Under the pieces are notes generated by a model. It was given only the letters and a program-made list of their open reading frames with translations. It did not search any database and had not been told where the DNA came from. A DNA stretch of 64,000 nt from Mobula hypostoma (Eukaryota): contig NC_086097.1 in assembly GCF_963921235.1 (NCBI RefSeq), positions 15,624,001 through 15,688,000 on the forward strand. Reading direction: 5' to 3'. Position 1 is the stretch's first letter; the number at the start of each line of letters is the position of its first letter. Positions 40,455 to 52,870 of the stretch are shown in pieces. The position numbers and the translations under genes were made by a program.

Positions 40455-40865
40455 TGAGCTGATGCTGAGATACATCCTAAGATACACTGAGACACATCAT
40501 CAGTGGTGTAACTGGGATAATCAGGTGTTTCAGGTCTTTTAACATCAGACACCCTCACCCAGGCAACCCGGCTAGGGTTGGCCAGGCCTTGGCTTGTGTC
40601 CCATCAGCACCGATCCACATATCACACCTCTTGATCCATAGCCATCTCAGCAGCCTCTGTGACGGTCCTGATAGCTCTTTTCTATGCAGCTCCTGTAATG
40701 CCAAGGAAAAGGTAGGCTCTGCACAGCAAGTAGCCAGTAAAACCTCCAAACCGCACCTCTGCAGACTCACATTGTGTCCTCCACCCCTGTCTCTGAAGCT
40801 GCTCTACCAGTCCCCGATATTTGGCTTTCTTACGCTCAAACGCCTCCTCATTCCAGACTTCCCAA
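40455..40865 (-). mobile_element. HERO-clade (restriction-like endonuclease) non-LTR retrotransposon 3' fragment
   Basis: EEAFERKKAKYRGLVEQ...GWRTQCESAEV.FGGF...LGITGAA and RWLWIKR motifs typical of the RLE C-terminus. Confidence 0.75.
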
Positions 40866-41681
40866 ACATTAACTATCTCCAAAACCGCTGACTGATCTGC
40901 TGAGCATCTTCAGCATTTCCTCCTTAGATACCAGAAGTTATGTATGCTGGTGAAGAAAGGTATCTATTTATATAGCACCTTTCTCATCCTCTCCATACCA
41001 TCCCACAGTCCTTTTTGCACTGATGTGTAGTTTCTGGTCGAATTGTGTGATTGTGTGATCACAGGAAGTTCCTGCAATGATGACCAGATGAGAAGACTTT
41101 TAGTAATGCCAAATGAGAGAGAAGTAATAGCCAGAATACTCAGTATAACGTATACTCTTTATGTTGGAGATTAAAACATCACTGGGAAGGCTACCATTTA
41201 TTGTTTTAAGTGATCTTTTACGTTCCATTGAGAGACCAGATGTGCCAGGCATAACTGGTCTCTCAGTTGAATGTGAAACCAGAAAAATAACAGGGCAGCA
41301 CATCCTCACTATGGTGTGAGTCTAGATTTTTGTGCTTAAGCCTTAGTAAGTCATTAGAATAATTTAAGCTCGAGTAGAAGACATTTTTGCAAGACTGTGG
41401 AAATGAGGCTGAAATGGGGAACTAGAACGAAAAGAGTTGAGGCCTCTATAGATCTGCCTTGATGTTGAGGCAGACCTGAAGGACCAGGTGGCCTACTCCC
41501 ATTCCTATTTTCTTATGTTCTTCTGTTAGAAGTGCAACTCAGAGTTGACTCTGATGAAAAATGCGATCAACTGAGCCATGAATGACAACTTTATGAAGGG
41601 TGAAATGATTAAATAGTCCTCTGACAAAGAATCAGAGCCAGCATGACCTCTCAGCTGTTTTCTCTTGCTGCCCTTCTGCAG

Positions 41682-41957
41682 ATATTAATGAGTGCCAGAC
41701 CATCCCAGATGCCTGCAAAGGGGACATGAGGTGCATTAATCACAATGGTGGATACCTGTGCCTGCCAAGGACTGCAGCGCTCGTTTTGGCGAATGGGCCC
41801 TCCAATCCAACCTACTCCATGTCGTCACAATCAAGGTACTCAGAAAGACAAAGTTCATCCGTCTACCAGCCGGCCTCCATTCCCAGATATCCTGCCCGAA
41901 CTAGATCTCTGATCTGTCGCTTTGGTTACAGTGTGGATGAAAACAACAACTGTGTGG
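41682..41957 (+). CDS. FBLN5-like: Short fibulin exon encoding the modified N-terminal cbEGF domain with Pro/Ser/Tyr-rich insert ([30 protein letters not shown]...[18 protein letters not shown])
   Basis: Acceptor tctcttgctgcccttctgcag, 276 nt, phase 1-1, donor G|gtaagt. Has the cbEGF consensus D-I-N-E-C and C-x-N-x-x-G-G-Y-x-C. The LICRFGY..DE.N.CV end is fibulin-5-like. Exact orthology is uncertain. Confidence 0.93.
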
Positions 41958-42179
41958 GTAAGTGATCGTTTTAATTATCAAGGGCTTATTTGCCAAAAAA
42001 TACATTTACCTGCTCAGTTCCATGTTCTCATGATTTTCAACTCGAAAGAAGTGGGGTATTGAGACTGAAGCATTTTAGCCATCATTATTTTACAGGTAAA
42101 TCACAACTCAATAAGACATAACTAGCAGACATATGAACCAACAGATGGAAAAAAAAAAGGACCAAACTAAAGCAAATCG

Positions 42180-42539
42180 ATTAGGATTGTTGGATTTCTG
42201 TTTACTTTCTGATCCTTAGGTTTCCTCTGGGAGTCAGGAATAACGATCAGTCTTAATTCCAAGATTTCAGTTTATTTTACAATACAACCAAACATACAAA
42301 TACTGAGCAAACCAAATAAAGAGCAAAGAAATGATGCTAAGAGGTGAATAGAGAAAAGAATAAAGATGGCGCTTCTGAAAAATCTATCACTTTTATAGAT
42401 AAGATAAGAGAAATTCCTTAGGTAGAGATAAATTAGTTAATAGGGTACATAATTAAAACAATTACATCATATAGGTAAGAGATTAATGCTTAGCCAATGA
42501 AAATGAGAAAGGGATATACCGTTAGTTTAGTTCCTAACA
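42180..42539 (-). mobile_element. Candidate solo LTR
   Basis: Minus strand starts TGTTAGGA and shows ATTGG (42494-98), TATAAAA (42391-97) and AATAAA (42271-76) in U3-R-U5 order, with an imperfect inverted end near 42180. No TSD is visible because a Penelope element abuts it. Confidence 0.45.
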
Positions 42540-42540
42540 A

Positions 42541-44078
42541 CAGGAATTCTGCAGATGCTGGAAATTCAAGCAACACACATCAAAGTTGCTGGTGAATGCA
42601 GCAGGCCAGGCAGCATCTGTAGGAAGAGGTGCAGTCAACGTTTCAGGCCGAGACCCTTCGTCAGGACTAACTGAAGGAAGAGTGAGTAAGGGATTTGAAA
42701 GTTGGAGGGGGAGGGGGAGATCCAAAATGATAGGAGAAGACAGGAGGGGGAGGGATAGAGCCAAGAGCTGGACAGGTGATAGGCAAAAGGGGATACGAGA
42801 GGATCACGGGACAGGAGGTCCGGGAAGAAAGACAAGGGGGGGGACCCAGAGGAAGGGCAAGAGGTATATTCAGAGGGACAGAGGGAGAAAAAGGAGAGTG
42901 AGAGAAAGAATGTGTGCATAAAAATAAGTAACAGATGGGGTACGAGGGGGAGGTGGGGCCTTAGCGGAAGTTAGAGAAGTCGATGTTCATGCCATCAGGT
43001 TGGAGGCTACCCAGACGGAATATAAGGTGTTGTTCCTCCAACCTGAGTGTGGCTTCATCTTTACCGTAGAGGAGGCTGTGGATAGACATATCAGAATGGG
43101 AATGGGATGTGGAATTAAAATGTGTGGCCACTGGGAGATCCTGCTTTCTCTGGCGGACAGAGCATAGATGTTCAGCAAAGCGGTCTCCCAGTCTGCGTCG
43201 GGTCTCGCCAATATATAAAAGGCCACATCGGGAGCACCGGACGCAGTATATCACCCCAGTCGACTCACAGGTGAAGTGTTGCCTCACCTGGAAGGACTGT
43301 TTGGGGCCCTGAATGGTGGTAAGGGAGGAAGTGTAAGGGCATGTGTAGCACTTGTTCCGCTTACACGGATAAGTGCCGGGGGGAGATCAGTAGGGAGGGA
43401 TGGGGGGGACGAATGGTCAAGGGAGTTGCGTAGGGAGCGATCCCTGCGGAATGCAGAGAGAGGGGGGGAGGGAAAGATGTGCTTAGTGGTGGGATCCCGT
43501 TGGAGGTGGCGGAAGTTACGGAGAATAATATGTTGGACCCGAAGGCTGGTGCGGTGATAGGTGAGGACCAGGGGAACCCTATTCCTAGTGGGGTGGCGGG
43601 AGGATGGAGTGAGAGCAGATGTACGTGAAATGGGGGAGATGCGTTTAAGAGCAGAGTTGATAGTGGAGGAAGGGAAGCCCCTTTCTTTAAAAAAGGAAGA
43701 CATCTCCCTCGTCCTAGAATGAAAAGCCTCATCCTGAGAGCAGATGCGGCGGAGACGGAGGAAATGCGAGAAGGTGATGGCGTTTTTGCAAGAGACAGGG
43801 TGAGAAGAGGAATAGTCCAGATAGCTGTGAGAGTCAGTAGGCTTATAGTAGACATCAGTGGATAAGCTGTCTCCAGAGACAGAGACAGAAAGATCTAGAA
43901 AGGGGAGGGAGGTGTCGGAAATGGACCAGGTAAACTTGAGGGCAGGGTGAAAGTTGGAGGCAAAGTTAATAAAGTCAACAAGTTCTGCATACGTGCAGGA
44001 AGCAGCGCCAATGCAGTCATCGATGTAGCGAAGGAAAGTGGGGGACAGATACCAGAATAGGCACGGAACATAGATTGT
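42541..44078 (-). mobile_element. Penelope-like element: RT C-half, GIY-YIG endonuclease and terminal repeat
   Basis: RYIDDC RT motif near 44020, FFKERGFP, and ORF 42961-43287 (GVIYCVRCSRCGLLYIGETRRRLGDRFAEH...LEEQHLIFRLGSLQPDGMN). Confidence 0.95.
42632..42669 (-). ncRNA. Minimal hammerhead ribozyme motif (Penelope-associated)
   Basis: Minus strand UAGUC CUGACGA AGGGUCUCGGCCU GAAA CG UU GACUG. Core intact, GUU cleavage triplet. Confidence 0.65.
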
Positions 44079-44600
44079 GAAGACAAGAGAAATTGCAGGT
44101 GCTAGAAGAAAAATATAATCTGCTGTCGGAAATCAGAAGGTCAGCCAGATACTGCTGAGACAAATGGATAGACAATGTTTCAAGTCGAGACTCTGCATTG
44201 GGACTGAAAGCAGGAAAGCTTCTTCAAAGCAGGGGTATCTTGAAGAGTTGGTAGGGTGTAATAAAATAGGGACTGAAGAGACCGCAGATGCTGGAACTTG
44301 GAGCAAAGAACAAACTGCTGGAGAAACCCAATCGATCAGACAGCATCTGTGGAAGCAAAGAGACAGTTGACGACACAGACCAAGACTCTTCATCAGTTTG
44401 AGTCTGTAGTCTGAAGTGTTGATATGGAAAGGAAAGCTGAACCTAAATCTAAGTGGTGATAGATGTGTTGAAAATGGATTTGCTGAAGTTCAATATGCTT
44501 AAGGTCAAGTATAGCTTTTCAGATGAATGAGTTTGCCCACTAAGTAATTGTTCCTAAAAATTTTGAAGACATATTTTCTGATCATTGCTTTCAATGTATA

Positions 44601-45119
44601 CGCTCAGTGTCCTGTACATAATGGAATGGCCACTGAGTGTATGTTCAAGGTCTTCTGCTGCTGTAGCCCATCCACTTCTAGGTTCGAGGTGCTGTATGTT
44701 CAGACAGTAACGCATGTTTATTTCACTTACAGTCTCATTCCTGTCAGCTTGAACAAGTCTGACCATTCTCCTCTGACCTTTCTCATTAACAAAGTGTTTT
44801 CACCCCTTCAGAACAGTTGCTCACTGGATGGTGTTAGTTTTTCACACCATTCTCTGTAAACTCTGAAGTGCATGAAAATTCCACGAGTTCAGCAGTTTCC
44901 GAGATACTTAAAACACCCCATCTGGCACCAACAAACATTCCACCATCAAAGTTTCTTAGATCACATTTCTTCCCCATTCTGATGTTTGATCTAAACAACA
45001 AACGAACCTCTTGTCCATGTCTGCATGTTTTTCTGCATTGAGTTGTTGCCACACAACTGATTAGATATTTGCAGTAAGAGCGGGTGTACAGGTGTACCTA
45101 ATAAAGTGGCCCCTGAGTG
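44601..45119 (-). mobile_element. Non-autonomous Tc1-like element, same family as 6606-7610
   Basis: TA on both sides, ends cgctcagtg and cctaataaagtggcccctgagtg. Transposase remnants MGKKCDLRNFDGGMFVGARW and MVRLVQADR. Confidence 0.8.
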
Positions 45120-48100
45120 TACAGTTCTTGGTTCCATTATGTTGAGCTGGTGGTCGAGCCCAGATAATGTTCTGTGCCAAAGGCAATCCTCTTCCTGTAG
45201 GTGCTATGTGTCTTCGGTTTGCTGTGACCTTTATAATCACCTGAATTGAAAGGACATATTTGGATTTAGGCCCCATTGAGTTGTGTGAGGTAATTAACAG
45301 GAGCAATCCAAAGGGAACACATTAAATTAACCCACAAGTACAGGATGGATAGAAAGTTCCAATCTCAGGGGATAAACTTCAAGGGAAAAATACTTCATAT
45401 CTGGAATTGTGCATCATACAGGATAGCAAAGGCATTTAATTGGAAATACTGAAGTGACCATAGAATGTGTTAATTAACAGGAGGGATCATAGATTCTACT
45501 TGAAAATCAACTACATCCTATATGTTGTAGAATACATATGTCGCTTGTTCATCCAGAAACATGTCTCCAGGACAACATGCCATGCACCATGGACATGACA
45601 CTGGGGCTTACTGTTTGTGACTGTCTACTGCTTTCGCAGTTCTATGTGCTATATGTGCCTTGTGCTGTGTGTGACTGTTGGTACTTTGTTTTGCATCCAG
45701 GCTCCAGAGAGCATTGTTTCATTTTCCTGCTTTCATGAGTATTCATGTATGACTGAATAACAATTAAACTTTAACGTGAAATCTCTTGTTTGCCTGCACC
45801 AAGACTATTAAAGAACTAAATTATGTGGTTTAATAGCTTTCAGCAGCTGGAATACATCTATTGGGAATGGTAATTTATTGGTTTTATATAACCGTGTAGA
45901 ACAGTTCTCAGTTAATGCTGGTGGGTGCTTTTTGAAGAGCTGCTGGTAAATTCTTCACTGAGGAGTCAGCTCAGTAAAATGAGCTGGTAAGGCAATAGTT
46001 ACTGGAGATGAGATGTCTTCTCAAGGTGAACAATTCAAGTCATTAGTCATGCTAGCAATAGGTTGAGATACAAGTAGATATCAGGTGAGCACAACAGGTT
46101 TCATTCATTAAAAGACATGATTAACCTATTGGATTTTGTACAGATCTGTTGCCCTTTACAGCACTGATGCAAGTTGGTATTGGTTTAGTTATCCTCTATT
46201 GATTGCCAGTCTCCGTGACTGTGAGCAAATTATTCAGTGTTTATTAACTATTTTTTCCAGTGCCTAAAGGAATTCAGTCATACGCAATTTCCCCTTTTAA
46301 ATAATTTATTGAATAAAAACCACCATGTATCCAATTCTCTCCGAACAATATAATTTATCGACATACACTTGGAAGCAAACAGCAGACGTGGAATAAGCAT
46401 TTCAAATATGTGTTTCAGTGAAGAGAAGGATGGATCCACATTGCCAGATTGAAAAAAAATACCGCTCCAAAGTAATTGGTATAATTTGGAAGAAATGACC
46501 AAAGTTGGCATCTAACACAAGAGAGGAAAAAAAATGTAAAGCACATTCACTGTAAGACTGAATAAAGCCAAGGTAGCAGGCTCATTCAAGGCTTGTATTT
46601 AACAGTAGGAATGTCTAGGATACAAATGAGATTTTATCCAGAAACTTGTTTCTTCAAAACACTGGTGCAGCACAGTGTCAACTGGGAAGGGTGTTGGGTA
46701 ACCCTCCCACCATCGAGGACATCTGCAATAGACAGTGCCTGAAGAAGGCAGCATCCATCAGTAGGGACCCTCAGGACATGCCCTCATGTCGATACTATCA
46801 TCAGGGAGCCTGAAAGGAAACACTCAATGATTAGACCATAAGACAGAAGAGAGGAATCAGGCCATTCAGCCCATTGATTCAGGAATAGCTTCTTCTCATC
46901 CATCATCAGATTTATGAATGGTCTGTGCACCCATGAACCCTACCCCATTGGGTTCCTTGCACTACACGGCTGCCACAAAACAACAAATTTCACACTGCAT
47001 AAGACTGTGATAATGAACCTGATCTGATTCTGGTTTTATTTAAGCACAGCTAATATGTTGTGAGATTAACGTTCTTGTTGATTTCCTTCTCAGTATGTGA
47101 CCGTCATTAGAAGATCAAATCATCGTGGCGGGTGCCCAGTTTAATCACTGGCATCCATTTAACACAGCTGAGAGTCTTGTTAGACCAGTCCATGAGCAGT
47201 TGAGTCATAGGCATTGGACTGGAAAGCCCAGAATGATTAGAGTGTCAGATTTCCATCACTACAGGGCATTAATTCATTTCTATGAAAATGTCAAAGGCTA
47301 ATTTTTGACTTTTAACAAACTTCTCATCTTTATAACAATCAAAATGAATTCAAATTCTCAAACTGTTGATGTTGAGATTTAAGGTCACAGACGCTGGATT
47401 GTTGATGCAGCCAAGCTGACAGAAGGTGATTAGGCAATCTTTCTTTAAAAATTCATTTTGTTTGGAATTTTAAAGCCATCTAGATGAGTACACAGATAGG
47501 AGGAGTTCAGAGGGCTATGGGAACTAGTTCACTGGGCAACAGAGTTGGCATGGATGAGTTGGGGTGAAGAACCTTCTACGTGGTATGACGCGGAGTCCGG
47601 GTTTCACTAGAAATGTCTATCTATTGTCTATCTATAATTGCCCTTTGGGCAGGTGGCGGTGAGGTGACATCTTGAACTCCTATACTCCATCTGATGAAAG
47701 TGTTCCAATGGTACTGTTTCAGGATTTAAAGAACAAACAATGTGATATCGAAGTTCAAAGTAAATTTGTTACCAAAGTACATTTATGTCACCATATACAA
47801 TCCTGAGAATCATTTTCTTGCAGGTATTCACAGTAAATACAAAGAAGAAGCACAAAACATTCAATGCCAAACTGCATACGGCAAAGACAAATGGCCAATG
47901 TGCAAAAGACAACAAGCTGCGCACACACAAAAAAGAAAGGAAATAATAAGAATAATAAATAAATAAGCATTAAATATCGAGAACATGAGCTGTAGAGCTC
48001 TTAAAAGTGAGTCCATAGGTTTGGGAATCACTTCAGTGTTCTGGTGAGTAAAGTTGTCTCCTCTGGTTCAAGGGTCTGATGGTTGTAGGGTAATTGCTCC

Positions 48101-48420
48101 TGAACCTGGTGGTGTGGGACTTGAGACTCCTGTACCTCCTTCCTGACAGCAGTAGCAAAAAGAAAGCATGACCTGGATGGTGGGGGTCCTTGATATTTCT
48201 AAGCTCCCGTAGTCTCGATATTGGACAAAAATATTGGAAGGAGGAAGTGGCATACGTGTCTGCTGTCATTACCTATCTTGATGGAAGATATCATGGACTT
48301 AGGAGATGTTGTCAAAGCAACCTAATTGTAATTATGTTTGCAGGTAGTACTCATTGTAGACAGTGAGAGTGGTGGGAATGAATGTTCAGACTGGTCAGTG
48401 GATGTTGAGTTTGTTAGGAG

Positions 48421-50315
48421 TACTTTATACATTATACATTATACTTTATATTTTATTGTCGCCAAACAATTGGTACTAGAACATACAATCATCACAGCGA
48501 TATTTGATTCTGCGTTTCACACTCCCTGGATTACAAATACTAAATATTAAAAATATTAAAAATAGTTAAAATTAGTAAATATTAAACACTTAAATTATAA
48601 ATCATAAATAGAAAATAGAAAAATGGGAAGTAAGGTAGTGCAAAAAATACCGAGAGGCAGGTCCGGGTATTTGGAGGGTACGGACCAGATCCGGGTCAGG
48701 ATCCGTTCAGCAGTCTTATCGCAGTTGGAAAGAAACTGTTCCCAAATTTGGCCGTACGAGTCTTCAAGCTCCTGAACCTTCTCCCGGAGGGAAGAGGGAC
48801 GAAAAGTGTGTTGGATGGGTGGGTCGTGTCCTTGATTATCCTGGCAGCACTGCTCCGACAGCGTGCGGGGTAAAATGAGTCCAAGAACGGAAGATTGGTT
48901 TGTGTGATGTGCTGTACCATGTTCACAATCTTCTGTAGCTTCTTTCGGTCTTGGACAGGACAACTTCCATACCAGGTTGTGATGCACCCTAGAAGAATGT
49001 TTTCTAAGGAGCATCTATAAAAATTAGTGAGGGTTTTAGGGGACAGGCCAGATTTCTTTAGTTTTCTCAGGAAGTAAAGGCACTGGTGGGCCTTCTTGGC
49101 GGTGAACTCTGCTTGATTGGACCAAGTCAGGTCATTTGTGATATTGACCCCGAGAAACTTAAAGCTTTTGACCTGTTCCACTTGCGCACCACCGATGTAA
49201 ATTGGGTCGTGCGGTCCGCTACTCCTTCTGAAGTCAACAACCAATTCCTTCGTCTTGCTGACGTTGAGGGATAGGTTATTGTCTTCGCACCATGACACCA
49301 GGTTCTTAATTTCCTCTCTGTACTCAAACTCACTATTACCTGAGATACGGCCTACAATTGTTGTGTCATCAGCAAACTTATGTATTGAGTTTGATGGAAA
49401 CTTGGCTACACAATCATGGATGTACAGGGAGTACAGCAGGGGGCTGAGTACACAGCCTTGTGGGGCACCGGTGCTCAGAGAGATTGTAGAGGAGAGCTTG
49501 TCCCCTATTTTTACAGCCTGGGTCCTGTCTGTGAGGAAGTTGAAGATCCAGCTGCAGATCTGAGTGCTAAGGCCCAGGTTCTGGAGTTTAGGAATCAGTT
49601 TATTTGGAATGATGGTATTAAAGGCAGAGCTGTAGTCAATGAAAAGGAGCCTTACGTATGCGTCTTTATTCTCCAGGTGTTCTAAGGAGGAATGTAGGGC
49701 CAGAGAGATGGCATCTGCCGTTGACCTGTTGCTCTGGTAGGCGAATTGCAAAGCGTCGAGGTTGACCGGTAGGCTGTGGTTGATGTGTGCCATAACCAAT
49801 TTCTCAAAGCATGTGATAGTAACATAGAAACATAGAAAATAGGTGCAGGAGCAGGCCATTCAGCCCTTCGAGCCTGCACCGCCATTCAGTATGATCATGG
49901 CTGATCATCCAACTCAGAACCCTGTACCAGCCTTCCCTCCATACCCCCTGATCCCTTTAGCCACAAGGGCCATATCTAACTCTCTCATAGCAATTGATGT
50001 CAGAGCCACAGGTCGATAGTCATTCAGGCATGCCACCTTGCTCTTCTTCGGCACTGGGATTATCGTTGACTTCTTAAAACACGTGGGGATCTTAGACTGA
50101 AGCAAGGAGCAGTTGAAGATGTCAGCAAACACTCCAGCTAGCTGGCTTGCACAGGCCCGGAGAACCCGTCCTGGGACGCCATCTGGGCCCATCGCCTTCC
50201 TTGGGTTTATCTTCAGGAAGGTCCTTCTAACGTCCTCCTCGGTGACGATGAATCTTGATGCCACCAGGTCCCGTTCATCCAGAGGGAGCGGGATGCTCCT
50301 CTTCTGTTCGTGTAC
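48421..50315 (-). mobile_element. Young Rex1/Babar-type LINE (RT) with a CR1 3'-end insert at about 49815-49985
   Basis: 387-aa ORF 48696-49859 ([26 protein letters not shown]) and ORF 49914-50351 (KAMGPDG, DYRPVAL). TSIAM/CFEKL is split by the CR1 tail. Confidence 0.93.
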
Positions 50316-50499
50316 TGTTGGAACTGAATTCACCCAGTAAGTGGAGACCATTCAATCACACTTCTGACTTGCAGATGGTCAAAGACCCTTGGGTGAGTCA
50401 GTTGGTACAGTTAAGAAATAGTGATCTAATTTTTTAATTAAAACATGCCAAAGTCAGCATTCAACGCACACTTATAATTGCCCTCGAGAAGATCGTAGT

Positions 50500-50653
50500 T
50501 ATTATGTTCCATAACTTCAAAACATTAAACTAACTCAAACAAAGACATGGGAGTCCAAAATGCAAGTCTAATTTTGAGTTTACTTCGAGCAAGGCACGCA
50601 CATCTCATGTGGTAGTGTGATGACGTATGCAATTCACATATTTATACATATAA
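50500..50653 (-). mobile_element. LTR fragment related to the Gypsy LTRs at 54944 and 60682
   Basis: Shared blocks ttatgtt..taact, tttactt and gtggtagtgtgatgacgtatgc. Truncated by a CR1. Confidence 0.65.
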
Positions 50654-51855
50654 GACCATAAGGCCATGAGACATACCCCATACACCTGCCTTCTCATCAT
50701 ATCCTTTCATGCCCTGACCAATCAGGAAACGATCAATTTTCGCTTTAAATATACGCATGGACTTTTCTTCCACCACAGTCTGGTGCAAAGCATTCCGCAG
50801 ATTTACTAATCTCTGGCTAAAAAACTCCTTCTTGCCTCTGTTCTAAAGGGTTGCCCCTCAATTTTGAGGCTGTGTCCTCTAGTTCTGGATGCCCCCACCA
50901 TAGGAAACATCCTCTCCACATCCACACTATCTACTCTTTTCAACGTTTGGTAGGTTTCAAAGCGATCCCTCCACATTCTTCTAAATTCCAGTGAGTACAG
51001 GCCAAAAGCTGCCAAATGCACCACACATGTTAACCCCTTCATTCCCAGAATCATACTTGTGAACCTCCTCTGGACTCTCTCCAATGACAACACATCCTTT
51101 CAGAGAAATGTGGCCTCAAACTTTTGACAATACTCCAAGTGTGAACTGACTACTGTCTTATAAAGGCTCAGCATTATCTCCTTGCTTTTATACTCTGTTC
51201 CCCCTGAAGTAAATGCCAACATTGTATTTGCCTTCTTTACCACAGACCTTTATTAAATTAACCTTCTGGGAGTTTTGCACGAGGACTCCTAAATCCCTCT
51301 GCACCTCTGACGTTTGAACCTTCTCCCTATTTAGATAATAGTCCGCACTATTGTTCTTTTTACCAAAATACATTATCCTACATTTCCCAACATTGTATTC
51401 CATCTGCCAATTTTTTGCTTATTCTTCCAATTTGTCTGCTGCAATCACATTGCTTCCTCAGCACCAACTATCTGCATATCATCCACAAATTTTGCCACAA
51501 AGCCATTAATTCCATTATCTAAATCATTGACAAACAATGAGAAGATCAGTGCCCCAGTACTGAATCCTGAGGAACACCACTGGTAACTGGCATCAAACCA
51601 GAGAAGGCCACTTTATTCCCACTTGCTGCCTCCTGCCTGTTAGCCATTCCGCTATCCATGCCAGTACTTTTCCTGTAACACCATAGGATTTTATCCTGGT
51701 AAGCAGCCTCGTGTGTGGCTCCTTATCAAACGCCTTCTGAAAATCAAATTAAATGACATCCACTGCTTCTCCTTTGTCCACCCTGCTTGTTACTTCCTCA
51801 AAGAACTCTAACAGATTTGTTAGGCAAGACTTCCCTTCACAGAAACCACGCTGAT
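50653..51855 (-). mobile_element. CR1 LINE fragment, followed by a Rex1 RT fragment (about 51880-52100)
   Basis: LERVQRRFT and YNVGKC motifs. The adjacent fragment has VRMLFIEYSSAFNT. Confidence 0.88.
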
Positions 51856-52597
51856 TCGCACAGAAATGTCATTTCTGATTCCGGTGGGGAAGTCAAGGAT
51901 CCAGCTGCAGAGGGAGGTGCAAAAACCCATGATTTGGAGCTTTTTGATCAGAACTGTAGGAATGGTTGTGTTAAATGCTGAGCTATATTCAATAAATAGC
52001 ATCCTGACGTAAGTATTAGTATTGTCCAGGTGATCAAGGGCTGCGTGAAGAGCCAATGAGGTCGCAACCTCTGTAGATCTATTGTGGTGATAGGTCACGT
52101 GAAGTCAAGTGAGAATAAAGGAGGCTAAAGGGATGAAAATAAATATACAGCAAGGGAAATTACCACTGAGATCTTCTTATCATCTACATAACATAGAGTA
52201 GGTAGGAAATGAATACATTGATCAGAATAAAATTGAGATTAGAGAGGATACAGTAATACCATGGGCAGAATGATATTTCCAATGTAGAATACTCACTTTA
52301 TAAAGAAAATTGTTTACTTTACATTCACATTAATTTATTTATCACACATAGATCAAAACATAGAGTGAAAGGCATTGTTTACATTTTCAACCAACACAAC
52401 CCAAGGATGTAGTGGAGGCAGCCTGCAAGTATCACGACACATTCCAACGGCAACAGCACATGCCCACGATGCTCAGCAGAACAACTCAGGCAAAGTGAAC
52501 ACAACAACAGCAACACAAGCCCCTTTCCTCCTTCCTACCCACCAATCCATTCACAGAACAAGCCTTCAACCCCAAGGCAGGCTGGCTCCAAAGTCCT

Positions 52598-52870
52598 TGG
52601 CCCGGACTCTAAGACTCACAGACATTGGGCCTGGACTTGCAGACTCACAGACATCAGGCCTCTAACTTCCAGATACGCTGACCTAGGGGCTTCAACTACT
52701 GGGCCTTGACTTCTGGACTCACTGACTTCAGTCGTAGACCTACAGGCCTAGACTTCCAGACTTGAGCTTCAATTCTTAACCTCTGGCATCAACCCAGGCC
52801 AGAACGATCATGGACTTTGAACTCTGGACTCGCAGAGACCTCTGATTCTAGGACTTGCCAATCTGTGGGA
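52598..52870. repeat. Degenerate minisatellite of about 29-30 bp
   Basis: Units such as ggcccggactctaagactcacagacattg, ggcctggacttgcagactcacagacatca and ggccttgacttctggactcactgacttca. Confidence 0.6.
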
